The notes below the pieces were generated by a model. That model saw nothing but the letters and a program-made list of their open reading frames with translations, was not told the origin of the DNA and did no database searches. The translations under genes and the position numbers were made by a program. A DNA stretch of 64,000 nt from Parcubacteria group bacterium (lineage in GTDB: Bacteria; Patescibacteriota; Minisyncoccia; Phycocordibacterales; UBA2135), in contig JACOWN010000007.1 of the NCBI GenBank assembly GCA_016176785.1, positions 6,970 through 70,969 of the forward strand, read 5' to 3'. Shown one piece after another: positions 18,217-26,666 of the stretch (its first letter is position 1; every line of letters starts with the position of its first letter).

Positions 18217-19077
18217 ATGCAGACGCTCAAAGAACACATCGCCGACGCCGCGGCGCGCAAAAAAGCAGTCGGGCATTTTAATTTCTCCACCGTTGAAGTG
18301 TTATGGGCGATTTTTGAAGCGGCAAAAGACCTTGGCGTCCCCGTTGTGGTCGGCGCCTCCGAGGGGGAGCGTAAGTTTGTGGGCGTAAAACAGGCGTCCG
18401 CGCTTGTTAAAAGCATTCGCGAGGAATATGACTATCCGATTTTCTTGAGCGCCGACCACACATATTCCCTTGAGGGGGCAAAAGAGGTGGTGGATGCGGG
18501 GTATGACATGGTTATTTTTGACGGTGCGCGTCTCTCGCTTGCGGAAAACATTGAAATGACGAAGCAGGCGGTTTTATACGCGCGTTCGGCCAATCCAGGT
18601 ATCATCGTTGAGGGGGAGCTGGGATACATCGGAGCATCATCCCGCCTTTTTGACGAAATTCCCGCCGATGTTGCGACGATGAGCATGACGGAACCGCCGC
18701 AGGCGCGCGAGTTCGTCGCGAAGACGGGCGTTGACCTCCTTGCGCCGGCCGTCGGCAATATCCACGGCATGCTGAAACGGGGACCGAATCCGCGCCTTGA
18801 CGTCAACCGCATCCGCGAAATACGGGAAGCGGCCGGCGTGCCTCTTGTGCTTCACGGCGGTTCGGGCATTTCGGACGAGGATTTTTCGCAAGCAATCTCA
18901 ATGGGCATGGCGATCGTCCACATCAATACGGAGATCCGCGCGGCGTGGCGGGGCGCAACGCAGCTTTTTCTTGAAGCGAACCCTGACGAGGTCGCGCCGT
19001 ATAAGATCCTGGAGAGCGCGAAGCGGGAAGCGCGGGGTATTGCGGAGAAACGGCTGAGATTGTTTAACGACCTATGA
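18217..19077 (+). CDS. fba: class II fructose/tagatose-bisphosphate aldolase
   Basis: Class II aldolase family pattern (..HFNFST.., LSADH, ..PAVGNIHG.., LVLHGGSG); the ATG at 18217 is preferred. Confidence 0.8.
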   Translation: MQTLKEHIADAAARKKAVGHFNFSTVEVLWAIFEAAKDLGVPVVVGASEGERKFVGVKQASALVKSIREEYDYPIFLSADHTYSLEGAKEVVDAGYDMVIFDGARLSLAENIEMTKQAVLYARSANPGIIVEGELGYIGASSRLFDEIPADVATMSMTEPPQAREFVAKTGVDLLAPAVGNIHGMLKRGPNPRLDVNRIREIREAAGVPLVLHGGSGISDEDFSQAISMGMAIVHINTEIRAAWRGATQLFLEANPDEVAPYKILESAKREARGIAEKRLRLFNDL

Positions 19078-19087
19078 TATAAGAACC

Positions 19088-20056
19088 ATGCCGACAGTTT
19101 TTGTCACCCGAAAAATCCCCGAAACGGGGCTCAAACTGCTCCGAGAGAAGGGATATGAAGTGGATACGTCCGAAAAGGACGGCGTTTTGACGAAAGAAGA
19201 ATTGATCGCCGCGCTGCGGATGAAACCCTACGACGCGGTGCTGTGCCTTTTGACCGACACGATAGACGCGGCCGTTTTTGACGCGGCGCCCTCGGCGAAA
19301 ATTTTTGCGAACTACGCGGTCGGGTTTGACAATGTTGATGTCGCGGAAGCGAAGCGGCGCGGCGTTGTCGTCTCAAACACGCCGGATGTTCTGACGAATA
19401 CGGTTGCCGAACACACCTTTGCCCTTATGCTCGCAATCGCGCACCGGATCGCCGAGGCGGACCGTTTTACCCGCGCGGGGAAATACGAAGGATGGGCGCC
19501 GGAGCTTTTACTCGGAACAGGTGTATCCGGAAAGACCCTCGGCATCTTGGGCGCGGGGCGCATCGGCGCGCGCGTTGCCTACCACGGCGCGAAAAGTTTT
19601 GATATGCGGGTGCTTTACTATGACGTCAGGCGGAATGAGGCGATTGAAAAAGAAGTGAACGCGGAGTTTCGCGATAGCGTTGAGGCGGTTTTGAAAGAAG
19701 CGGATTTTGTGACTATCCATGTGCCGCTTCTTTACTCAACGCGGCATCTCATGAACCGCGCGCGGCTCGCTCTGATGAAGCCGACGGCCTATCTCGTGAA
19801 CACGTCGCGCGGGCCGGTCATTGACGAGGCGGCGCTTGTGGAAGCGCTTGGAAACGGGGTTATCAAGGGCGCGGCGCTGGATGTTTTTGAGAATGAGCCG
19901 GCGCTCGCCACCGGTCTTTCCGAGTTGGAGAATGTCATTGTGACGCCCCACATCGCTTCCGCGACTGAAGAGGCCCGCTCGGCGATGTCCCGTCTCGCGG
20001 CAGAAAACATTATTGCGGTTTTGGAAGGAGAAGAAGCCCCGAACGCGGTCAGATAG
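19088..20056 (+). CDS. D-isomer-specific 2-hydroxyacid dehydrogenase (glyoxylate/hydroxypyruvate reductase-like)
   Basis: GILGAGRIGARVA NAD-binding motif; catalytic R/E/H triad region (..TSRGPVIDE..HIASAT). Confidence 0.8.
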   Translation: MPTVFVTRKIPETGLKLLREKGYEVDTSEKDGVLTKEELIAALRMKPYDAVLCLLTDTIDAAVFDAAPSAKIFANYAVGFDNVDVAEAKRRGVVVSNTPDVLTNTVAEHTFALMLAIAHRIAEADRFTRAGKYEGWAPELLLGTGVSGKTLGILGAGRIGARVAYHGAKSFDMRVLYYDVRRNEAIEKEVNAEFRDSVEAVLKEADFVTIHVPLLYSTRHLMNRARLALMKPTAYLVNTSRGPVIDEAALVEALGNGVIKGAALDVFENEPALATGLSELENVIVTPHIASATEEARSAMSRLAAENIIAVLEGEEAPNAVR

Positions 20057-20117
20057 TGAAAGATATTATCACGTGTTTGTCGGAACATGTCGTTTCAACA
20101 AGCATTCTGACGGCAGA

Positions 20118-20241
20118 CACTTGGCAGGAGGGCGGTAATTTGTTATACATAACGCAGGAAGTGAAAGTCCAGTGTGCACTGGGCTTTGTCCCTCGACAAG
20201 CTCAGGGACAATCCCAAACCCAAGAAAAGGAGGAAGGACAA
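20118..20241 (+). promoter_or_regulatory. promoter plus conserved structured 5' leader of cassette copy 1
   Basis: TTGGCA-17-TGnTATACA extended -10; leader with hairpins CCAGUG..CACUGG and GUCCCU..AGGGAC; AAGGAGG RBS; about 90% identical to 21450-21639. Confidence 0.45.
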
Positions 20242-20955
20242 ATGGGAAAGCTGTGCAAGGATCAGAGGGAAACCCTGATTGGCAAGTTGGCCGCCCTGTT
20301 CTCAGGGGTTACGGCCGACGAGATCGACGAAGTGGTGGACGCCACCAAGACCCTTCTCACGAGTGAGGCCAAGGAAGCCAAGAACCGCGAGCGCCTGGAG
20401 ACCTTTGATGGTCAGGTCAAGACCTTGATCGACAAGGGCTACCCCGAAGCGGCCGGCATGGAGAAGGATCAGTTCCTCGGGTATGTGAACCCCCTCAGGG
20501 ACAAGTTCGAGATCGGCGACATCATCGTCATCCCCGAGCGGATCGTCTCCATCCCCAAGCAGATGTCGCTGGTGAAGCTCGCCGGCAAGACGGGCTATAC
20601 CCGCCTCAACCTCGGCGTGCTCACGCAAGCCGATGGTGTCGAGACCCCGAATGTCCCGTACCTGATTCGCGATGTCGAGGACGGGAGCGCCTGTCGGAAC
20701 ACCTCTCCCGGCGACTGCGTCAAGCAGTTCAAGAAGCAGGGACGGTTCGGACTCGTCACGGAGGAAGGGATCGCCATCGTCACCCACAAGCCGGAGACGC
20801 TCTGCGATCACTACATCGATCTCCCCGGCTCCCGCTATTATGGCTCGGGCCATGTGCCGCTCTTGTGGCTCAATGTCGGTCGGCCGAAGCTCGACTACAA
20901 CTGGGCTGTCAGCGACATCTCGAAGTGCGGTTCCGCGTCCTGCGGTAGTCGCTAG
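20242..20955 (+). CDS. hypothetical protein, cassette paralog A (unknown family)
   Basis: 237 aa from the ATG behind the AAGGAGG RBS; GC3-rich codon usage unlike neighbouring genes; paralog of 21640-22375; C-terminus ...GSASCGSR. Confidence 0.6.
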   Translation: MGKLCKDQRETLIGKLAALFSGVTADEIDEVVDATKTLLTSEAKEAKNRERLETFDGQVKTLIDKGYPEAAGMEKDQFLGYVNPLRDKFEIGDIIVIPERIVSIPKQMSLVKLAGKTGYTRLNLGVLTQADGVETPNVPYLIRDVEDGSACRNTSPGDCVKQFKKQGRFGLVTEEGIAIVTHKPETLCDHYIDLPGSRYYGSGHVPLLWLNVGRPKLDYNWAVSDISKCGSASCGSR

Positions 20956-21026
20956 GACTTTGGACTTTGGGCCCTTGCCGTGCCCGCCGTAGGCGAGGCT
21001 CGCCAAAGGCGGCAGGTCGCGTCACG

Positions 21027-21068
21027 CGACACAACGAGGGCAGTTCGATGCATCACGCACGATCTGCC
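21027..21068 (+). terminator. intrinsic terminator after cassette copy 1
   Basis: GGGCAG ... CTGCCC stem followed by TTTTTTT. Confidence 0.5.
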
Positions 21069-21174
21069 CTTTTTTTCTATCTTTTTATTCAAAAAAGCGG
21101 TAAATAAAAAACATGATGTTTGTTGCGCACAAGAGAGAAACCGCACTATACTTTCGTAAGACGTACAAGGAGGG

Positions 21175-21408
21175 TCACTCATCGCGTGTGAGCGCATGTG
21201 GATGATGCTTCGGACGTGAGGAGCGCGTCGGAATCGCTCCATAACCGCGTCTCTTTGCTTTCGCCACCCACTTTACCACTGCGGAGTGGGTGTATCCGAA
21301 ATGTCTCGCCGCCTTTCTCGTCGACCACCCGCGACGGACCAACTCCACCGCTTGTCCCCGAACTTTTGGCAGTTCGGGATTTAGTGCTATATGCCATATG
21401 CACTTCAT
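21175..21408 (-). mobile_element. truncated transposase N-terminus (HTH plus ..SRPKHHP linker; IS481/IS3-integrase-like), IS remnant
   Basis: 77 aa: ..VELVRRGWSTRKAARHFGYTHSAVVKWVAKAKRRGYGAIPTRSSRPKHHP, then stop; lies exactly where the similarity between the two cassette copies breaks (21178). Confidence 0.5.
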
Positions 21409-21449
21409 GCTAACCCCCAGGGTGGTTCCAAGCTATTGAACCATTACGG

Positions 21450-21639
21450 ACACTTGACAGGAGGGCAGTAATTTGTTACACGTAACGCAGGAAGTGAAAG
21501 TCCAGTATGTGCTGGGCTTTGTCCCTCGACAAGCTCGGGACAATCCTGAGCGAAGTCGAAGGATTGACAACGGAATAATCTCCGCCTACGCATAAAGCTA
21601 CGGCGGACAGGCCAAACCCAAGCAAAGGAGGAAAGACCG
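21450..21639 (+). promoter_or_regulatory. promoter plus conserved structured 5' leader of cassette copy 2 (about 70-nt insertion relative to copy 1)
   Basis: TTGACA at 21453; same leader hairpins as copy 1 with compensatory substitutions; AAGGAGG RBS. Confidence 0.45.
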
Positions 21640-22375
21640 ATGGGAAAGCTGTGCACGGATCAGTTGATCGGGAAGTTGGTCGCCCTCTTGCGAGAGGCCG
21701 ACTCGGAGGAGTTCGATGACGCGGTGACGCAGGCCAAGGGTCAACTCACGGCAGAGTCCAAGCAGGCCAAGCGGAACGACCTCGAGAAGCTCTTCGACGC
21801 TCAGATCGCGACTCTCAAGGATCGCGGCGTCCCCGAGCAGATCGTGGAGATCCTCCAGAACCAGAAGGGTTCGGTGGTGAAGAAGGCGAGCGAGTTCGGT
21901 GGTGAAGAAGGCGAGCGAGATGGCGATCGGAGACGGCAACATTCCGTTTCTCCCCGTCATCCCCCGCTCCCCTCGGAGCCCCTACGACCTCATGGCCATG
22001 GTGCGAAACGGTTCGAAGGTGGGCTACGCCTACCTCAACCCGACGCAGATCTCCGATGTGGTGGACGCTCCCCAAGAGCCCTACTACATCTACGATGTCG
22101 AGGACGGCAACATCACCCGTGGCAAGTCGCCGGAAGACGCCCTAAAGATCTTCAAGCAGCAGAAGCGGTCTCCGCTCACTGCCGCCGAGGTCATGGCGCT
22201 CGCGACTCACACGGATGTGCTCTCGCGGCACTATGTGTGGGCTACCGGCTCCCGCTATGAGTTCGCCGCCCGGGTGCCGAATGTCTATCTGGGCGGCGGT
22301 CGGCCGAAGCTCGGCTGGGACTGGGTCGGCGACTCGCTTGGCCACTGGGGTTCCGCGTCTTGCGGTAGTCGCTAG
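21640..22375 (+). pseudogene. cassette paralog B, disrupted by a frameshift
   Basis: ORFs 21640-22260 and 21899-22375 are in different frames but together align with paralog A (..YIYDVEDG..GSRY..GRPKL..GSASCGSR); the frameshift coincides with the 25-bp tandem duplication. Confidence 0.55.
21871..21919 (+). repeat. 25-bp perfect tandem duplication (tcggtggtgaagaaggcgagcgag x2)
   Basis: Seen directly in the sequence; the length is not a multiple of 3, so it shifts the frame of paralog B. Confidence 0.7.
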
Positions 22376-22497
22376 GACTTTGGACTTTGGGCCCTTGCCT
22401 GCCCGCCGATTTTTTCCCCCCGCCGTAGGCGAGGCTCGCCAAAGGCCAAGAGAGAAACCGCACTATACTTTCGTAAGACGTACAAGGAGGGTCACTA

Positions 22498-22908
22498 ATG
22501 GCGCGCAGGCCGAAGCAATCAGAAGTTGAAAAACGGCGCCGCGAGGCGTTGCCCGACCTCCCGTATTTTGACCGCGCGACGCTCGTGGAAGCGGGCGATG
22601 TTTTTTCGGGATACGCGGACCGATGGATAGGCCAGTATAAAGAAGGATATTGGGAGCCGCATCATATCCTGGCCCGACTCGTGGAAGAAGAGGTCGGCGA
22701 GCTGTCGCGCGAGGTGAACCACGAATTCGGCCCGAAAAGAAAAAAGAAAAGTGAGATCGCCGGAGGAGTTGCCGAAGAACTGAGCGACATTCTGTTCACG
22801 ATCGTCTGCCTCGCGAACTCCCGGGGCATCAACCTCGGCGCTTGCTTTGCGGACACATTGGCGAAGTACAATAAACGCGACACCGGGCGGTTCAAAAGAA
22901 AGAAGTGA
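22498..22908 (+). CDS. MazG-like nucleoside triphosphate pyrophosphohydrolase
   Basis: 136 aa; EEVGELS...AEELSDILFTIVCLAN MazG/NTP-PPase helical motifs; preceded by a TATACT -10 and an AAGGAGGG RBS that are also present (orphaned) after cassette copy 1. Confidence 0.7.
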   Translation: MARRPKQSEVEKRRREALPDLPYFDRATLVEAGDVFSGYADRWIGQYKEGYWEPHHILARLVEEEVGELSREVNHEFGPKRKKKSEIAGGVAEELSDILFTIVCLANSRGINLGACFADTLAKYNKRDTGRFKRKK

Positions 22909-23027
22909 CAACGCGCTCAACCCGGGGGCGCATTTTTTAATGCCGATGCCCCGTGTCAGCCGCGCGTTTTTTTGTTTTCCACACCGGCGCATAGACCCCC
23001 GACGATTCCCGCTGGTATACTTTGGCT

Positions 23028-23396
23028 ATGGACGCCTCCTCATTCCTCACCGTTTCCGCATCGCTCGCAGGCGTCATGCTCGGCGTAAGTTTTTGGCCGC
23101 AGGTCTACAAAGTATATCGTACCAAAAGCGCGCGCGACCTCTCCATCTGGATGGTCGCGCTGCTTTTATGCGCCTCCGTCGTGTTTTTTATTTACAGCAT
23201 CTATTTTGTCCAGTGGCCGTTCCTCATCGCGAACGGCTTGGGCATCCCCGCGCTCCTGTTGCTCGTTCTTGGGTATGTGAAATATCGCGACCGCCGGAAC
23301 GAACAAGGGAATGAATGGGAGGGGGTTGTGGCGGTGGACCGGGCCGAACTTGAGGAAAGCGCCCCTGCGGTTGATTTTTTTGCCGAAAAATCATAG
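23028..23396 (+). CDS. SemiSWEET / PQ-loop family small transporter
   Basis: About 122 aa, 3 TM helices; PQ motif in helix 1 (SFWPQVYKVYRTKSARDLS). Confidence 0.6.
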   Translation: MDASSFLTVSASLAGVMLGVSFWPQVYKVYRTKSARDLSIWMVALLLCASVVFFIYSIYFVQWPFLIANGLGIPALLLLVLGYVKYRDRRNEQGNEWEGVVAVDRAELEESAPAVDFFAEKS

Positions 23397-23406
23397 GATA
23401 GGAACG

Positions 23407-24069
23407 ATGGAAACACCTATCCTGCGCGCGGAAAAACGGGATGTGAAAACGAGGGCGGACGCGGTGCGAAAGGGAGGAAAACTCCCGGCGGTTTTTTATG
23501 GCCGCAAAGCGTCATCAACACCGATCGCGGTGCCGAAAATGGATTTTTTGAAGGTCTGGCAGCGCGCAGGCGAGTCAACGGTCGTCACGCTCAAAACGGA
23601 GGACGGCGACCTGCCGGTCCTGATACAGGATGTGGCGTTTGATCCGGTGCGCGGAGAGCCGATCCATGCCGATTTTTATGTCATTGAAGCCGACCGTCCG
23701 GTGGAGGTCAACGTCCCGCTCGTATTTGAGGGCGTGGCGCCCGCGGTCAAAGACCTCGGGGGGACGCTCGTCAAGGTGCTTCGCGAGCTTGAGATCAGGG
23801 GACTGCCGAAAGATCTGCCGCACGAAGTTGCCGTCAATGTTTCTTCGCTCATAACCCTTGAAAGCCAGATCACGGCGCGGGACATTCCGCTCCCGCGCGG
23901 CATCACGCTCATAACCGGCGCGGAAGAAATAGTCGCCGCAGTCGCCGTTGCCAAGGAAGAAGAAGTGGCGCCGCCCGCCGAGTTTGACGCTTCGCAAATT
24001 GAAGTTGAAGAAAAAGGCAAGAAAGAACCGGAAGAAGGCGAAACCCCGGAGGAAACACCGAAGAAATAG
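23407..24069 (+). CDS. rplY: ribosomal protein L25 (Ctc-type, with acidic C-terminal extension)
   Basis: N-terminus ..ILRAEKRDVKTRADAVRKGGKLPAVFYG.. and two-domain L25/general stress protein Ctc layout. Confidence 0.85.
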   Translation: METPILRAEKRDVKTRADAVRKGGKLPAVFYGRKASSTPIAVPKMDFLKVWQRAGESTVVTLKTEDGDLPVLIQDVAFDPVRGEPIHADFYVIEADRPVEVNVPLVFEGVAPAVKDLGGTLVKVLRELEIRGLPKDLPHEVAVNVSSLITLESQITARDIPLPRGITLITGAEEIVAAVAVAKEEEVAPPAEFDASQIEVEEKGKKEPEEGETPEETPKK

Positions 24070-24171
24070 CCCCCTCTTTTTTCCTTTTTTCTGCAGCAAT
24101 GCCGGATATCAGAACCAAGAATTAAGGATCAAAAAAGGCGGTTCGTTCCCTTAACTTTTGGTCCGTGATTC

Positions 24172-25488
24172 TTGATTCTTGTGATATTTCGTTACTCCGT
24201 CAGCATATCCTCGCTCCTCATCGTTTTCCTCGTCTCGGGGTTGGTCTTGCCTGTGCATGCCGAGGTGACGGGCGCCGATGTCCTTGCGCGCCGCGCCGAA
24301 CTTGAGCAGGACCTCGCAGCTCTTGAAAGAGAAATTGAAGCGCAGCGCGCCGTTCTCCAGGAGAAACAGCGCGAAAAGGTGTCGCTTGAACGCGATATCG
24401 CAATTTTAGACGCAAAAATCCAGTCCGCCGAACTTTCCATCCGCGCGCGCAACCTCGTCATTGAGCGCCTCTCGCGCGATATCGTTTCGCGCGAAATAAC
24501 CATCGGCGATCTTTCCGAAAAATTGTCGCGCGAAAAAGAATCGCTTGCCGAACTTATTCGGAGGACGCACGAAATTGACTCGTATACCATCGTTGAAGTG
24601 GTGCTCGCCAACCGGAGCTTGTCGGATTTTTTCCAGGACCTCGATTCGTTCGGCGCCATCAGCGCGTCGCTTCAGGCGTCATTCCGCGAGATCGGCGAGA
24701 CGAAAGACGCGACGGAACGCGAGCGCAATTCGCTTGCCGATAAGCGCTCCGAGGAGCAAGAACTCCGCCGTTTGCAGGAAATCCAAAAACAGCGCATTGA
24801 AAGCGACAAAGGTTTGAAGCGCCGCTTGTTGGCGTTCGCCGCGGGGCAAGAGGCGGAGTATTTGGAGGTCGTCAACGCAAAAGAAAAAGACGCCGCGGCG
24901 ATCAGAAGCGAGCTCTTTGCGCTCCGCGGCTCCGACGCCATCCCTTTTGAACAGGCGCTTGAACTCGCGAATTTCGCCGCGCGGAAAACCGGCGTCCGCG
25001 CGGCGCTCATCTTGGGCGTTATCGCCGAGGAATCAAATCTCGGCGAGAACGTCGGCACCGGCACATGGCTTGCCGACATGCACCCCACGCGCGACCGACC
25101 GATTTTTGAAGAGATCACGCGGAAACTCGGCTATCTTCCCGACGCCATGCCGGTGTCAAAAAAACCATGGTACGGCTGGGGCGGCGCCATGGGACCCGCG
25201 CAGTTCATTCCCTCAACGTGGGTCTTGTATGAGGACCGAGTTGCCGCAGCGGTGGGGGTCTCGATCGCCGACCCGTGGAAGCCGCGCGACGCATTCGCCG
25301 CCGCCGCGCTGCTTTTGAAAGACAACGGCGCGTCAAACGGTTCGTATGCCGCGGAACGTCTTGCCGCGCTTCGCTATTTTGCCGGCTGGCAAAATGCGAC
25401 GAAACCGTCCTACGCGTTTTACGGCGACGAGGTTATGGAGCTCGCGGCGAAATATCAGAGGCAGATAGACATATTGGGGAGCTCGTAA
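24172..25488 (+). CDS. membrane-anchored lytic murein transglycosylase (MltB/Slt family 3) with a long coiled-coil stalk
   Basis: Signal/TM segment, about 200-aa coiled coil, C-terminal domain with AEES..., GAMGPAQFIPSTW motifs; the TTG at 24172 or GTG at 24181 is the start. Confidence 0.65.
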   Translation: MILVIFRYSVSISSLLIVFLVSGLVLPVHAEVTGADVLARRAELEQDLAALEREIEAQRAVLQEKQREKVSLERDIAILDAKIQSAELSIRARNLVIERLSRDIVSREITIGDLSEKLSREKESLAELIRRTHEIDSYTIVEVVLANRSLSDFFQDLDSFGAISASLQASFREIGETKDATERERNSLADKRSEEQELRRLQEIQKQRIESDKGLKRRLLAFAAGQEAEYLEVVNAKEKDAAAIRSELFALRGSDAIPFEQALELANFAARKTGVRAALILGVIAEESNLGENVGTGTWLADMHPTRDRPIFEEITRKLGYLPDAMPVSKKPWYGWGGAMGPAQFIPSTWVLYEDRVAAAVGVSIADPWKPRDAFAAAALLLKDNGASNGSYAAERLAALRYFAGWQNATKPSYAFYGDEVMELAAKYQRQIDILGSS

Positions 25489-25583
25489 CCCCGTGCATCA
25501 ATGGAGCAATGGCGGCTTTACAAACAGAACGGGTTTTGTTATAGAGAATAAGACCGTTATTGAAGTGAAGGCGGAATCATTTT

Positions 25584-25922
25584 ATGAAGTCTGACATACA
25601 CCCGACCTATTACCCGAACGCCACAGTAACCTGCGCGTGCGGCAATTCTTTTACTGTGGGTTCAACGATGGAAAAAATAGAAGTGGAAATTTGCTCCGCG
25701 TGCCATCCGTTCTATACGGGGCAGGGGAAGATTTTGGACACTGCGGGGCGCGTGGAGAAATTCAAGGCGCGCCGCGCGACCGCAGAATTGCGGAAGGGAG
25801 ACCTTGCAAAAAGCAGGGAAAAGAAGGAGGCAAAAAAGGCAAAAAAAACAGAGAGTAAAAAAACAAAAGCCCCCGCGCCCAAAAAACAAAAAACAAAAGC
25901 AAAAACAAAAACCGCGAAGTGA
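25584..25922 (+). CDS. rpmE: ribosomal protein L31 (zinc-binding form) with a lysine-rich tail
   Basis: [10 protein letters not shown]...CxCG...[10 protein letters not shown]. Confidence 0.9.
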   Translation: MKSDIHPTYYPNATVTCACGNSFTVGSTMEKIEVEICSACHPFYTGQGKILDTAGRVEKFKARRATAELRKGDLAKSREKKEAKKAKKTESKKTKAPAPKKQKTKAKTKTAK

Positions 25923-25940
25923 CCGCTTCGCGGTTTTTGT
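25910..25940 (+). terminator. intrinsic terminator of rpmE
   Basis: 9-bp stem ACCGCGAAG/CTTCGCGGT enclosing the stop codon, followed by TTTTTG. Confidence 0.6.
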
Positions 25941-25943
25941 TGC

Positions 25944-25985
25944 CGCCGTCTATGCTTAAATTCTTAAGAATTTAAGCATAGACGG
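25944..25985. repeat. 42-bp perfect palindrome centred on CTTAAG
   Basis: gccgtctatgcttaaattctt | aagaatttaagcatagacggc, exact reverse complements. Confidence 0.7.
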
Positions 25986-26125
25986 CGAGACACGCGAACG
26001 GAACAGCCCGCTGAAACTGTGTCTTGACAGAGTCGTGTATGTCTGATATCGTATAATCCGGCACAGTTACCTCTACCTCCCCGCAATGTCGCGGGTAACC
26101 ATCAGAATAGGAAAGGAAAGAAGAC

Positions 26126-26593
26126 ATGGTTGTTCTTTACCAGTGTTGTAAGTGGAGCACGATCGTCTTCGTGCTTCAGGTTGTTATTGCGGCGCTGGCA
26201 TGGTTGGCGACGACGGACGGCGACGACATTGCCTTCGTCGCCTTCGCCGCCGTCATCTCCCTCTTCCCCGCCGCCACTTTATTCGCCTTCACCATCGCCT
26301 TCCCCGCCGCCATCGCCCTCCTCTCCGCCGCCATCGCCTTCTTTATCGCCTTCTTCATCGCCGCCGCCACCTTCCTCATAGCCGACCCCCCATTCACCGC
26401 GCTTTCCATTTTTGGCACCACGGCCGCCGTCGTCGGCGTCATGGTGGGAATCGTAAGAATCATACATGAGGCGCGGGCAAACGGCGAGACGGCGCCATGG
26501 TGGGCATACGCCGTCGCCCTCGCGCCGGCCATCGGCGCGACAGCGGGGTGGCTCCTCTACCTCCGCTTCAGGAATCGCGCTGCGGCACGGTAG
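26126..26593 (+). CDS. hypothetical small membrane protein with low-complexity Ala/Phe/Ile repeats
   Basis: 155 aa; TATAAT at 26051 and AGGAAAGGAAAG RBS upstream; strong terminator downstream; the underlying DNA is internally repetitive (ATCGCCTTC-like units). Confidence 0.4.
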   Translation: MVVLYQCCKWSTIVFVLQVVIAALAWLATTDGDDIAFVAFAAVISLFPAATLFAFTIAFPAAIALLSAAIAFFIAFFIAAATFLIADPPFTALSIFGTTAAVVGVMVGIVRIIHEARANGETAPWWAYAVALAPAIGATAGWLLYLRFRNRAAAR

Positions 26594-26613
26594 CTTGCCG
26601 CAACGCGCTTCTT

Positions 26614-26648
26614 CCCCCGACCGTGCGCGTGGTCGGGGGATTTTTTTT
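26614..26648 (+). terminator. intrinsic terminator
   Basis: CCCCCGACC-gtgcgcgt-GGTCGGGGG followed by TTTTTTTT. Confidence 0.65.
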
Positions 26649-26666
26649 ATGGTATGTTTTACGTGT

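Noticed and set aside
20160-20185. GGAAGUGAAAGUCCAGUG resemblance to the RNase P RNA P4/CR-I motif (GAGGAAAGUCCGG)
   Set aside because: Only a short 8-nt coincidence. The conserved leader is about 100 nt, far too short for RNase P RNA, and lacks the other conserved regions.
26130-26469. Alternative-frame ORFs (Pro/Ser-rich and Arg/His-rich) overlapping the repetitive membrane-protein ORF 26126-26593
   Set aside because: They arise from the same repetitive DNA. Only the hydrophobic frame has a promoter, an RBS and a TM-protein-like composition.
26466-26666. Upstream 67-codon extension of prfA and the TTG start of proS at 4230
   Set aside because: The extensions overlap upstream terminators and promoters and encode low-complexity peptides. 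Internal ATGs give N-termini that match the family consensus.
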